Assembly: GCA_038496445.1 (NCBI GenBank)
Contig: JALMLS010000211.1
Location: 99,106-163,105 of the forward strand
Length of the DNA: 64,000 nucleotides
Reading direction: 5' to 3'
Source: Trichosphaerium sp. ATCC 40318
Lineage: Eukaryota; Protista; Tubulinea
This document shows positions 1-11,592 of the stretch, one piece after another. Positions within the stretch are counted from its first letter, which is position 1; every line of letters starts with the position of its first letter. The notes below the pieces were generated by a model that ran no database searches, had not been told where the DNA came from, and saw only the letters and a program-made list of their open reading frames with translations. The translations under genes and the position numbers were made by a program.

Positions 1-23
1 TCGTCGCGATTAACACGCTTTAG

Positions 24-1087
24 ACTATTGAAAACATGTACCGAAAGCAAATAAGTGTATCAGACCAACCTTTGGTATTAGAGATCCTAGATACCGCTGG
101 TACGCCTTTTATTTTAGAATTGCCTTGTTTATTTGCGCTGTACACCAAAACGGAATTGTTCGTGCGTGATATTGACGCCTTTACACAACGCGAACTAAAG
201 CACGATTGTTTTCGCTTTCTAAATTCGTTGATGTAGGGCAGGAAGAATATAGTGCAATGCGTGATCACTACGTCCGCGTTGGACAAGGTTTCTTAGTAGT
301 TTATGCAATTAATAGTCAAAAGAGCTTTGAGAAGCTCCATAATTTTAGAGAAGCTATTCTCCAGGTTAAAGACGTTGCATCGTTTCCAATGGTTATAGTT
401 GTACGTAATTTCCGAGACAATTGCACAAGAAAGACCAACGACAAAATTTTTTATATCTTCTCTCGTGCCATACACATTTTATAGTTCTGTTTTCTATCGT
501 TCTGGCGTTTATGAGTTGTTAACAAGCTATTAAAGGGAAACAAAAGAGATTTAGAGGACCAAAGGGAAGTAACTCAAGCTGAAATTGAAGACCTTGCAAA
601 ATCATGGGGTGTCTCATATTTAGAGGTAAGAGAGCGAGCCGTGCCATTTTCGTTTATTTTAAGTTTATTCTACAAATCCTGTCATTTGAAATTACGCGAA
701 ATTACGACAGTGTCGCATTTTCCACGTTTATGCGCGTAGTAGTTTGTATTTAAAGCAGTTTTTACAACTGTTTATGGAGGTTTTGGTGGCTAATTGTTTT
801 TTTTGTAGACTAGTGCTAAGACACGTTATAATGTAGACGAATGCTTTGATAAGCTCGTCAAAACGACTCTTGCTTATGAGCAAGGTGGTGGTACGCATAT
901 TTCTTTTTGAATCGTTACAAGTTTTTCAACTAGAAGACCTTCCGATAAACACTTTATTTTCATGGCCTGTTACAAGAATTTGAACTGTTGATCGACGTCA
1001 ACGTAACGCTGATTTTTTTTTAATTAATTTGTAGATTCTCTCTCCTCACATCGTAAACGAAGGCGTAGAGGTTGTATTTTAGTTTAG
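24..1087 (+). CDS. Ras-family small GTPase, 5'-partial, multi-exon
   Basis: Spliced exons give TIENMYRKQ...[19 protein letters not shown]...GNKRDL...ETSAK...[11 protein letters not shown]: G3, G4 and G5 motifs, polybasic tail and CAAX box. The P-loop exon lies upstream of the window. Confidence 0.93.
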
Positions 1088-1209
1088 ATTTCGTGCTATT
1101 TGTAATTGTAGAATAATAAAATTGCACGAAAAGTATCCCCAAGGCGCTTTTCTACTTGGTTTTAAATATAAGTATTACTCATTATCAGCTTTTCTTTGCC
1201 AGTGAATCA

Positions 1210-1672
1210 TCAATTAAGGTTCCGTAGTATCTTCAACATCTTCTCCATTTTTCGTTGGAGGGTTGCGTTGCAGATCACAGTCAGAAATTGCTCCTCATTA
1301 TGTACCCAACGCCACAGAGCGCATTTGTCGGTAGAAAGACCGGTTCGCAAGTAGATTGGTGAACACCTTCCAAAAACAAACTTCTTGGTAACTTTTACAT
1401 TGAATAAAAGCAGGTTTTTATTCTCGTTTGAAGCGGCTTTGATAAAAACATCTGAAACAGGCACGGTTGGCTATTTCATAAAGAAAACAAATATCTGCTA
1501 CAACATCACAGCTACCACACAAAAAAAAATCTAGTTTGTGTACTGCAAGTGTACGCTGATGCAGTTTTTGATTTTGTAACGCAAGGACAATGTCGCTTCT
1601 GCTGTTTTTTTCGCTACTCACAAATCTTGACGGTTCACGTGCTCCTAAAACACCACAGAAACTTATTGGCAT
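1210..1672 (-). CDS. Hypothetical protein, about 130 aa, two exons
   Basis: ORF-track fragments 1418-1675 and 1210-1464 join in frame across a GTACAC...ATAG intron. No recognised domain. Confidence 0.4.
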
Positions 1673-1805
1673 CACTTTCCGTGCGTAGAACTACGTATTA
1701 CCAGATCGTTTGCCTTAGATAACTACTAATGCTGGTTTATTAACAACCCACGAAAGTTGTATGTGTGGGAGTTGTGGGCGTTATAAACTTTTCGACCGTT
1801 TACTA

Positions 1806-2327
1806 TCAAAGCAGAATTGAAACTTCATCACTGGACAATACAGTGGTCACTATCTGAGATATGCACACCTTATTTAGGTTGACAATCGCATCAGACAGTC
1901 TTCTTTCAATGTCCTAAGCTTTAATTAATAGTAACTAGCCTTGAACACAAGTACCATAAAGTCATCTTTAGCAGACTGAAAAGAGAACACCTCTCCAAAT
2001 GTTTTTTTGTGATCATATTTTTCGACATACTTTTGAGCGTCCTCACAAACTTTAAGGAGTCCTTTCAAACAAGCTAATGTATTTCCTCCCACCAACGCTT
2101 TTCTGTGATTGGGTTCTAGCCATAGTTAACACAGGAGGGCCAATAGCAAAAGTGAAGCTCATTCTTCAAAACGTACGCTTTAAAACGTCACACAAAGCTT
2201 GTAATCTTTCAACAAGGCGACCACATAGCTTCTTGTTCCTATTTATGCCTAGGTAAATATCTTCTACTAGTTGAACAATACCAGCTATCTTTTCAACAAT
2301 GTCAATAGAGCCTAGAGCTGCCTCCAT
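1806..2327 (-). CDS. Stand-alone MLKL N-terminal (four-helix bundle/MCAfunc-like) domain protein, about 139 aa, 3 exons
   Basis: MEAALGSIDIVEKIAGIVQLVEDIYLGINRNKKLCGRLVERLQALCDVLK/QPNHRKAL...LKGLLKVCEDAQKYVEKY...DDFM/DIERRLSDAIVNLN...ILL*. The NKxxCxRLxERL motif and helix pattern fit MLKL_NTD. Two GT-AG introns keep the frame. Confidence 0.7.
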
Positions 2328-3128
2328 CAGTGTTGTGTGTTGTGAAGATTGAAGTGAACACAGCAACAAACCAATCATTGAACAACAAATCCGGTCCGGG
2401 TCCTAGATATCTGTTTTCGCTCTGTAAAAATCGAAGGCTATAGCCCAGTTAGTTAACTTCCAGAAAACTGCGAAACAAGACATTTGGTTTTGACAAACCG
2501 TGTTAATTCAATGAAATGAAAGAAAAGACAAGTCAGCTACGTGATGCCAACAGCTCCCAATAGTTCTACCATCAGAACGCCTTTAAGTTCAACACGTGAA
2601 AATAGCGCGACAAGTGCCTTCCAAAATGCAAGTTTAAAGAAGAAACTCTTGATCTTATTTACAGTAACTGGCGCGGCGATTGATAGGACTAGTCAGCGGT
2701 CATTGTGTCTGTGTGACATACTATTTTGAAAATTATTTCTTGACTCACATTGACTCAAAACTAAACTCACTACATTAATATTAAAAGGACATCATTGTTA
2801 TAGATCAGAACAGAAGCTACAACAACAAGGCATTATGCTGCGCAATTACTTGGCGACAAAGAGCAGAGGTAAAATACAGCATCAACAGAGATATCGTTCA
2901 TGCCCACGTGCGTACACTGCTACATTCAAACCCGACCAAGGTTAAAAACCACAAACACCATCAAAAAATGTTAAACAGCTGTTTGTTTCACTTGATACCT
3001 TGGTTCTAAGGTGATTTGCTTCTATGTCGTAACAATATTTTGTAGGTCTTACTGGTACGAACACTAAACAGCGGCCAATTCAAACCCGAAATGTGTTCAC
3101 AACAAGCCTTCTTTTTTCCTCAAACAAC

Positions 3129-3785
3129 ATGTCATCTACAACAAAAGACCACAAAAACAATCAACAGCCATCAAATGCTGATAGAAACATTAAAGAGAGT
3201 ATTGTGAATGGCAAGAAAAAAGACTGGTTTGAAAATGGCAAACAAAAATCACTTGTTACATCTTTAAAAGATGGACAGGTTTCAAAGCCAACGAGTTTAG
3301 CCGAGATAGACCTAGACACATTCTACAGTAAACATCCATACGCTGAGGAGTACTTATCAGAGCCAGTAACTGATAAATTGGTCAAGGAAATAGAAAAAGA
3401 ATTAGAATACAAATTACCTCAGTCTTACATTGATTTTATGAAAAGACGAAATGGTGGCATGCCTGTAAAAAGTCACAAGGCTTTTTATATAGACGGAGAA
3501 GATTTTATATCTATTACAGGCATCTATGGCATTGGAAAAAAGAAGAACTATAGCTTATGTGGAGGACTGGGACAATCAAATTGGATCGACAACTGGGGAT
3601 ATCCAAAAATTGGAATTTGTATTTGTGATTGTCCTTCAGGTGGTCATGATACGATTATGTTAGATTATCGTAAAGGTGGTGAGCCAGAGGTAGTACATGT
3701 TGACCAAGAAAATGATTATGAGGTTACTTTTGTTGCAAAAGATTTCGAAACATTCATACTTGGTTTGCAAGAACCCTGTTACTAA
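3129..3785 (+). CDS. SMI1/KNR4 (SUKH superfamily) protein, intronless, with one N-terminal MORN2-like unit
   Basis: EIEKELEYKLPQSYIDFMKRRNGG...WGYPKIGICICDCPSGGHDTIMLDYRKGGEPEVVHVDQENDYEVTFVAKDFETFILGL is a typical bacterial SMI1/KNR4 sequence. First ATG at 3129. Confidence 0.9.
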   Translation: MSSTTKDHKNNQQPSNADRNIKESIVNGKKKDWFENGKQKSLVTSLKDGQVSKPTSLAEIDLDTFYSKHPYAEEYLSEPVTDKLVKEIEKELEYKLPQSYIDFMKRRNGGMPVKSHKAFYIDGEDFISITGIYGIGKKKNYSLCGGLGQSNWIDNWGYPKIGICICDCPSGGHDTIMLDYRKGGEPEVVHVDQENDYEVTFVAKDFETFILGLQEPCY

Positions 3786-3865
3786 CTAAATACAATATCT
3801 TATTCTGAACAAAGAACATCAATAAAACTACAAGTAGCTAGTTAATTGTACGTATTCTAATTCTG

Positions 3866-4001
3866 ATATTGTGCGTACCCTTCAAGTCAAACATTAAAAT
3901 AAATGCTGTTGTAGTTGCTTGTTTTATAGGCCATACATATTTTAAAGTGAAAACCTTGGCAATATTTATTTAGTGTTTGACTTGAAGGGTACGCACAATA
4001 T
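3866..4001. repeat. 136-bp element with perfect 28-bp terminal inverted repeats (MITE-like or hairpin)
   Basis: ATATTGTGCGTACCCTTCAAGTCAAACA (3866-3893) is the exact reverse complement of 3974-4001. Imperfect pairing extends about 10 bp inward. Confidence 0.85.
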
Positions 4002-4352
4002 TTCGTACCTTCCCCATAACTGTCGTATAACTTAGCTACGGTTATAAGACGAGTTGTTGCAGGTACGAGGTAAGGAGAATTCTAATTTTATTAATCTTAT
4101 TACAAAATAAGGAACTTCGTTATATTCAGATAACGAATGACGGATATGAACGTGTTCATATACGACATGACAATATTTTATAGACACAGAGCGAATAAGG
4201 AATGGTACTACTGGACGTTATAAATACACTCAAAAAATGTATGGCAAAAATTACACACTAGTGCAAAGTACTCTAATGTTTTCCGTTTTGAAAAATCACG
4301 TTGCAAGAAACTTGTAAGTTTATGGGCTTGCGTGGCCAACTTATTTTTTTAT

Positions 4353-4904
4353 TTAATCCTTACAATAGCGTGATACAGGGCCTAATGTAGGAATTTGAAG
4401 CTTGAACTCTTCTCTCCTCTGCTTTAAGAACTTGTACTGATCAGCACATTCAGATCCTTTTAAAGGTAATGTATAGCATCCAGAAGTAAAGGGATTATCT
4501 ATTCCAGAAGGATCAACCAAATCATGAAAAGTAGTGACGAAAGAATCTGTTCCAGGTATGTTAATACTCTCGAATTGAGCAGGGAAACCGAACGTGGCGT
4601 TGTAGATAATCCTGTGAAGCCGTATATCAAAAAAAGATACCACAGAGCTTATACCGATCGGCGCAAGCTTGCTTTTCACTACTTCCAACGGGACTACCCA
4701 TTGGATAGAGTCACGAGTGCTGTTGAACAAATAAAACCCTGGATCATTTAAGTCCACTAACCAAGGTCCAGAATCCGCCTGTACATCAGTTGGCGCGTAT
4801 TTAGAGACGTATGTGCAGGTTAACTCGTATATACCAGTCCCTAACTCAGCTGTGATGCATAACGCGATCATACAAGCGGCTACGGTAATAAAAGCAAATT
4901 TCAT
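4353..4904 (-). CDS. Secreted protein of unknown function, 183 aa, intronless
   Basis: Uninterrupted ORF with a signal-peptide-like N terminus MKFAFITVAACMIALCITA. Confidence 0.7.
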   Translation of the reverse strand: MKFAFITVAACMIALCITAELGTGIYELTCTYVSKYAPTDVQADSGPWLVDLNDPGFYLFNSTRDSIQWVVPLEVVKSKLAPIGISSVVSFFDIRLHRIIYNATFGFPAQFESINIPGTDSFVTTFHDLVDPSGIDNPFTSGCYTLPLKGSECADQYKFLKQRREEFKLQIPTLGPVSRYCKD

Positions 4905-5319
4905 GAGTTGCTTCTGTTTTTGTTAGACTTTCCAAAAAAATAACGAAGTATTTTGACAATAATTAAAAAAACTATCAGTCTGTCAAAATCTTGTACATTG
5001 CAGCTGGTATCCTCATGGTGGACAGTGACGTGGTACTTGTAGCACGTTATTTCGTTTTGTGTTGTAATGTCAACTTCAGCATCAAAACCGATGTTTGAAC
5101 CTGCCACTTGAGCTACATCTTTGTATTATTGATTTTGATAACACAACTTATTATAAAATGGCCACTATTGTCAGTTAAAATACGCACCACCAAGCTCGAG
5201 GTATGACGCAAAGCTGACAAAATGGAATGTGGAGAAAATACATAACGGAAAAAAATAATAGCTTAAGCAGTCACGTGTATTGTAGCCACATGAAATCATC
5301 TCTTTTATAGAATATGGCT

Positions 5320-5467
5320 CTTGGAAGCATGGCAGGTCATGGTGAGCTGAAAACATTTTTCAAGGGTCATGCAAAGAAAGAGTGATGTCAACGGAAAGTT
5401 AGTTGGTGAGCACAAAGAGTGGTATAATAGTGGAGTGGTAAAGAAAAGGTGATTTTATGCAGATAAG
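5320..5467 (+). pseudogene. Decayed MORN2-repeat fragment
   Basis: Translates as HGELKTFFKGHAKKE* then DVNGKLVGEHKEWYNSGVVKKR*FY: the repeat consensus with stops and frameshifts. Confidence 0.55.
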
Positions 5468-5547
5468 GGTGGTGTACATTCTTTACGAATTATTTTATTG
5501 CTTTATTATACAAACTGACAAAGTTCAACACGTGTTGAACAATACTG

Positions 5548-7658
5548 TTAGTAGCTTCTCCCAAACAACGCCCAGCATGTAGCTTTACCACCAGTTACAA
5601 AACACACTGTATCTTCTGTGATTTCTGGAATATCAAGGCCAGCTTGACCAGCAAAAGGAATACAGAGAGACTTTGCAGCACCAGTCAATTGGAATTTGGC
5701 ATCAGTTGCTGTTACTTTTGATTCTGTACTTCGCTTCTTAACCTCATTCTCAGACTCTATAGTACCACACCATGGTACTAATACCATATTTCCGGTGTTG
5801 AGATGTACCATAAAATCATCCCATGTAGTAGCTTTTTTGATATGTGCGTTCCTGACTTTTAAGGCTTTTTCTAAAGTAAAGTCACTTCAAAAGGAGTACA
5901 AAGGTTTTCTGATACAGAAAAAAATATCAGCTCTGATGGTCTGTTTGCTGTCAATGTTGACTAGATTAGTCAACAAAGACTGCACTTGTCGCACCACAGT
6001 AGGCCATTTATCACAAACAAAATCTTAAAACCAACTAGATGAACGTACCGAGCAAGCTGTCGTGGATTGTATCAAGCAATGTTTGGATGGATTCAGCAAA
6101 TCCTTCCCAAGCTATAGATCTCTTATGGCCCTCTTCGCCTTTTGATTTATCACGACGAGCAGCCATTACTGAGGATTTCTGCATGTCAAGTGAACCAATT
6201 TCAACACGGAGTGGTACTCCTAAAGTTTGTTAGGTTGGAGTTCTTTCACAAAACTTTGTGTGCCTTTGGTCTCCCAGTGGCTGTATTTCCAGCCTGGAGT
6301 GTATGTTTCCCGGTCGTCAACATAAGCGCGAATACCAACAGCGTTTAACAATGCCGAAAGTTCGTGCATCTTAGTATTGAGCGCTTCTTTGGAAACTATC
6401 TTCTTGTAGATTGGCACAAAAACAACTTGAATATCAGCGGCTCTAGGTGGTAGTACTAGCCCGTTGTCATCACCATGGATCATTATTGCTGCGCCGATCT
6501 ATAGAATAAGTAAGAAGAGGTTAAAATAACGTTTATTAAACGGCGTACAGAACGTGTTGAAAGACCCCATGAGTTTTGCCATGGAAGTTCTTTTTTTCTC
6601 TCTTCGGATTCATAAGTAATTTTGAACATTTTCGCGAAGTTTTGTCCAAGGCAATGAGATGTAGCAGCTTGGATAGATCTACCGGTTTGCGATACAAAAG
6701 CTTCGACAGTTGTAGTATAAAGAGCTCCAGCAAATTTTTCTTTCTCAGATTTCTTACCTATTGAGAAACGTGTTAATTTGCGAAAGAGAATCAAAACTGA
6801 GAAAAAAAGCAGAAATTAAAACAAGGCTCCCGCATACCCTTGATAACTGGTACGGCCAATACTTCATGGTACATCTGGGTGTATAAATTAAGAATAGTCA
6901 TAACCTACAAAAAGGTTGTTAGCTGTTTTAAGGGCTGTTTTTTTCTGAATGATCCAAAAAATACGTACTTCCTCTTCTGCTTCAGCTTTGTTGGCAAAAA
7001 CGGAGTGCCCTTCCTGCCATAAGAACTCTCTAGACCTTAAAAATGGGATTGGATGTTTGAACTCCCATCGTACAACGTTACACCATTGGTTTAGTTTCAA
7101 TGGAAGGTCACGGTGAGAGCGGATCCTGTAGTTGAGGTTTTAGAATATAAAAGACATGTTTCTGTTAATGGTGCGTACCATTTAGCATAGATTGGGTACA
7201 TAACGGTCTCCGATGTTGGGCGAACTGCAATTGGTTCGTTCAACTCAGATTGCCCAGATTTCGTTACCCATGCGACCTATGAGCGGTTTGTGTGTGTTTT
7301 GGTAAATTTATGAATAAGTAAACGGCAATTGTCTGGTGTTGCATACCTCGGCTGCAAACCCTTCTATGTGAGCTTTTTCTTTAGTAAGGGCACGCTCAGA
7401 CACGAAAATAGGGAAATAAGCGTTTTTAACGCCCATCTTCTTAATCCTGCTGTCCAAGAACTCTTGTATCTTCTCCCATAGTGCAAAGGCCCATGGACGG
7501 AGAATATAACATCCAGAGATATCAGAGTATTCGATTAACTCTGCTCGAAGCACTATCTGAGTGTACCATTCTGAAAAGTCACCATCCTTGGTGGCAGTGA
7601 TACCAAGCACTTTTTTACCGCCTTTCTTTTTCAATTGCTGTTTATTTGTTTCAGCCAT
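5548..7658 (-). CDS. proS: Prolyl-tRNA synthetase (eukaryotic/archaeal type), multi-exon
   Basis: [83 protein letters not shown]-terminal LFGRSY*. Confidence 0.98.
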
Positions 7659-7848
7659 GTTCGTTGAAGTGGAGCTTGTTTAATGAATTGAGACTTAGAT
7701 TGCATACGGACTTAGCGTTTTCTGCGAATTTTCCCGTTTTGTTATTGTCACACATTTTGCTTCGTTTTTCTGGAACTATTTTTATTTATAGGTGACAAGG
7801 ACCTGGTTTTGTTTGAAACCTACGCTATCACTTGTGTTGTGTACCTTC

Positions 7849-8924
7849 CTACTCTATTACGTAGCGTGGGTATGTAGATTTAGCGTCTTTAGCTTCCTTT
7901 AAGTTTAAGTCTACTGTTTTTATATACGAAGTAATATTGGTTTGTGCTATCATTTTGCCATTTGGACTGCTAGCCCTTTAAAACAAAGTGTCAAAAACAA
8001 CGTTCAAATCCATAATTTGTACCATCCAAGACCTCCTAAATCTGGGCAGCCGGAGTCGCAGAATCTATTTGAAGACAAACAAAATGCTCCAGAAGTAATG
8101 GCAGCACATTTACCTGAACTCTGTAAGTATAAAAATTTTTCCTATTTTTTTCTTACCTCCTGCAATCCACCTCTCAAGAGACCCATGTGGTGTAGCACGT
8201 GGCACAAAGAGTATATCCATACCTTCTTTACCCATTTTTCTTGCATTTTCAAAATACCACATATCCGTACATATCTAACGGATAAGCTTATAGATACGTT
8301 AAGCTCTGTACGTACCTGCATACCAATTTTAATAATGTTTCCGCCTACCTCGACATCTACAGTCTCAAACTTCTTAACTGGACTCATGTCATACCATGTA
8401 GCCTCCCAATAACCTTCTTCGTTTGGTAGATAGTGCTTAGTGTGAAAGACAGTTAGTTTACCGTCTTTCCATACGAATCCTTGAAGCAGTCAATTTCCAT
8501 CCAAAAAATGGGATCAAGTAGGTTTCACCTTCGTTAAAGCATTTACCATCCCTCTCTGTAGCGACAGTACCTACTATAACAGGATATCCAAGTGTTTTAA
8601 GTATTCCAGATTCACTGACAGAAGCTTGATGAGCTTTCTTTTGAAAAGTCGTTAGTTCGCATTAAAACGGTGTTTCAAGGTACTCACGACTGATTCTGTC
8701 CATTTTGCTTTGTCTACTTCCTTTTCGGAGCACAGCCACTCATGAAACGGCATTTCTGTGCGTAAATAAGCGAAAAGAAGCGTTTAGAATCATTCTAAGT
8801 AAGAACCTGGCAGCAGCAGCAAATCTGACTTGTTTAGCTTCGCATGAGCTCTTAAAGCGTTCCAAGACGCTTCTCTTTCATCTTTTGACTCTAGTGGTAG
8901 CTGACATACTGTAGCACGTATCAT
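7849..8924 (-). CDS. Carbon-nitrogen hydrolase (nitrilase superfamily), multi-exon
   Basis: Spliced: MIRATVCQLP...DLLLP/EMPF...TKHYLPNEEGYWEATWY...IGMQ/ICTDMWYFENAR...DILFVPRA...SSNR...STYPRYVIE*. The Glu-Lys-Cys triad is present. Confidence 0.9.
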
Positions 8925-9286
8925 TTTTGTATTTGTTTGCCAATAAGCCGAAGATGTTAAGCAAGCCTAACCGAGCACGTGCTGGCACGTTTATTTCCTA
9001 TAATTACTTCAATCAATAGCGTCAAAGCAGTCATCAAAACAAACAAAGTGGCAGTTAGTTGTTGTGATTGTCTTTGTACAGTTACAGTGTTCTTTCAAAG
9101 CAAAACAATAAATACCGACCAACTTCTTTAGTTTTACAGATTGATGGCCATCCATTTTAACGCAATGGTATTGTTCGTGGATAACTATCATTTTTGTGTA
9201 AAACAAAAATCACGTGACAACAAAAATTTTGCTTGAATTTCGTTTATTGTTCTCCTGAGTTGTTATTTCTGGCCATTTTCTAAACC

Positions 9287-11027
9287 TCATTTTTTGTGGA
9301 GTTTGTTTAACCAGTCTAGAATGATCTTGTTTGTTTGCTCAGGTTGCTCTGCTAAAATCTAACCAAATTATTAACAACTTTGAATTATCGGTCTTTTTTC
9401 TTTGTAATTCGAACAAGGAAACGTACCCAGTGACCTGCGTTTTCAACATTACCACGAGTCAGATTTGGTACAACTTTTTCCATACCAGCGCTCATTTCAG
9501 GAGTTAACGTTGAATCCTTGGCTAAAAAAGCGAGTTAATAAAATGTGTCAACTTTTTTGGTGTAAAAACAAAAAAAAAAGTTGTACAAGCTGTCACCATC
9601 AATGCTGGCATAGTAATATTAATATCAAACCCAGCTGTATCATCCCAATTTTGCTTTTTAGTACGATACCTTTTTAGAAATTAGTCACGTGCTGCGTTAT
9701 TAAAAAAAATACCAATTCAAGCCTCCTCTGAAACCTCGCCTTAAAAGTTGTCATTAGCCTCAGTCTCTTGATATAATGAACTTACTTCTTGTATTGATCT
9801 ACATAATATGACATTTCCGTTGACGATAACATATCGGCTGGTTTAACGTCCTTAAAGGCGCCAATAAGGCCGTCTTGCATGTACAACCTTGAAAAAAAAT
9901 AAGACTTCAAATAAAAAACAAGAACAAAACACCATACGAAGTATCTATGCTCTTGTCGTCTGATTTTCGGAACATGACGTAGAATAGCTTCTCTACATCC
10001 CCGTCCAATTCTTTGACAGCGGTATCTGTGGCAAAGTATGCTTGGTAAGCAAACTGAGGTATCACCTTGATCAGCTCTTCAACCGACATATACTTCTCCG
10101 TTCTTGGCCAGTACGGAGTACAAACGCTTCCAACTGCTTTCAGGAGGTCTGGATGAAATACAGCATAGTTCCATGCCAAAGCACCTTGATACATAAGCTT
10201 GGAAGAAACCGTAAGCATAGAACAACGTACCACCCCAATCATGTCCAATAACAGTAAACTTGGCAACACCTAACCATCATAAGTTTGTGTAAAATCAAAA
10301 GAAAAAAAAGTTGAAAGCTCGCTTAATTGTTTGCTTTTTTGATCTACAATGGACGACCCAAGCAATAAGCCAAAAAATGAGACAATACAGTGTCATTTTT
10401 ATGAAGCTTTTCTTTAATTTATTTACTTACCAAGGGACTTGACTAGTTCATTGATTGAAGCACATACAGTTTTAAATGCTGTCAATGATAAGTCCTTATC
10501 ATCCGATTCAGTTTGCCCGTATCCGGGTAAATCTGGAACAATAACGCGATACCCTGCTGAAGCGAGTACCTTTATTTGCTAAAGAAGTTTATCAGCAATG
10601 AAAACAAAAAACCGGAAAAACTTTTTTGTTGTTTTTTTGGTCTATTTTGGAAAGTAGCGTGCGCGTGTCTTTTTGGGATAAATATGCCGGGAGCGCGTGT
10701 ACGTCATAATAGCTATCTTGTAGACGCGAAACAGCAACGTTTGGAAGGAAAAGCGTGGATTTACGATTTTTTAGCATCTTGGGAAACGAAAACGTACCTT
10801 ACGGTATGAGTACCTATTTGGTGTTAGTTATGAGTCTGTTGATACTTGTAGAGAATCGTTAAAAAAAAAATAACGTACCATAGATCAGGGAAGCCATGTA
10901 ACAGCACTACCACGTTATCAGTACCTTCACCGTGATCGACATAGTGTAGTTTTATGTTAGCGCATGACGCTTTAAAAAACTTGTGATTATACGATGCTGG
11001 GTCGAAGTCTTCCGTTTTTGCTGCCAT
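9287..11027 (-). CDS. Soluble epoxide hydrolase-like alpha/beta hydrolase, multi-exon
   Basis: LHYVDHG...VVLLHGFPDLW, VIVPDLPGYGQT, VIGHDWGG nucleophile elbow, YQAYF, NAGHW...EQPEQTNKIILDWL. Confidence 0.92.
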
Positions 11028-11592
11028 ATTTGTGTTACTGAAAGAGTGGTATTTGACGTGGCGGTGTTTGAGATTTCGAAAGACAATTAATCGCTGACTG
11101 GTTGCCAAAGTCAACATTTTTAGTTTATACCATAGTGTGATAAACGTGGGTTTGTAATCCTGGAACTCAATGTAGTACAAACTACCAGCGTGTTTTACTG
11201 AGAAGATGACGTGGACCGGACAAGCGGGTATATTTTTCGAAAGAGGGTTTGTGAGATCTCGCTTTATCTCATTCTCTATCTCCAGTGTAGAACTACAGTA
11301 TTGACAAAACTTATTGCGGATAAAACAGAAAGCGCACAGCTGGGAGGAACTTCGTCATTGTAAACTGCATGTTAAATTTATTACAAGTTTCTTTTGAATT
11401 GCTGTTTAGCACCTACTACGTTGACACTCCCCGCTTATACCCGGCTGTATAAAACTGTAAACCGCGTAACAGTACAAATAAGGACAATCCTGTGAGTAGT
11501 TTTATCGTAAAAGATAAAAGACACATTTGACTTTTGGTTTACTGAAGTTTATCAAAAAAGTTTTTTACAACTATTCCACCGAGTGTGTACAC

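Noticed and set aside
4020-4230. Exon/intron-like remnant next to the MITE-like repeat
   Set aside because: Short and stop-interrupted, with no identifiable homology.
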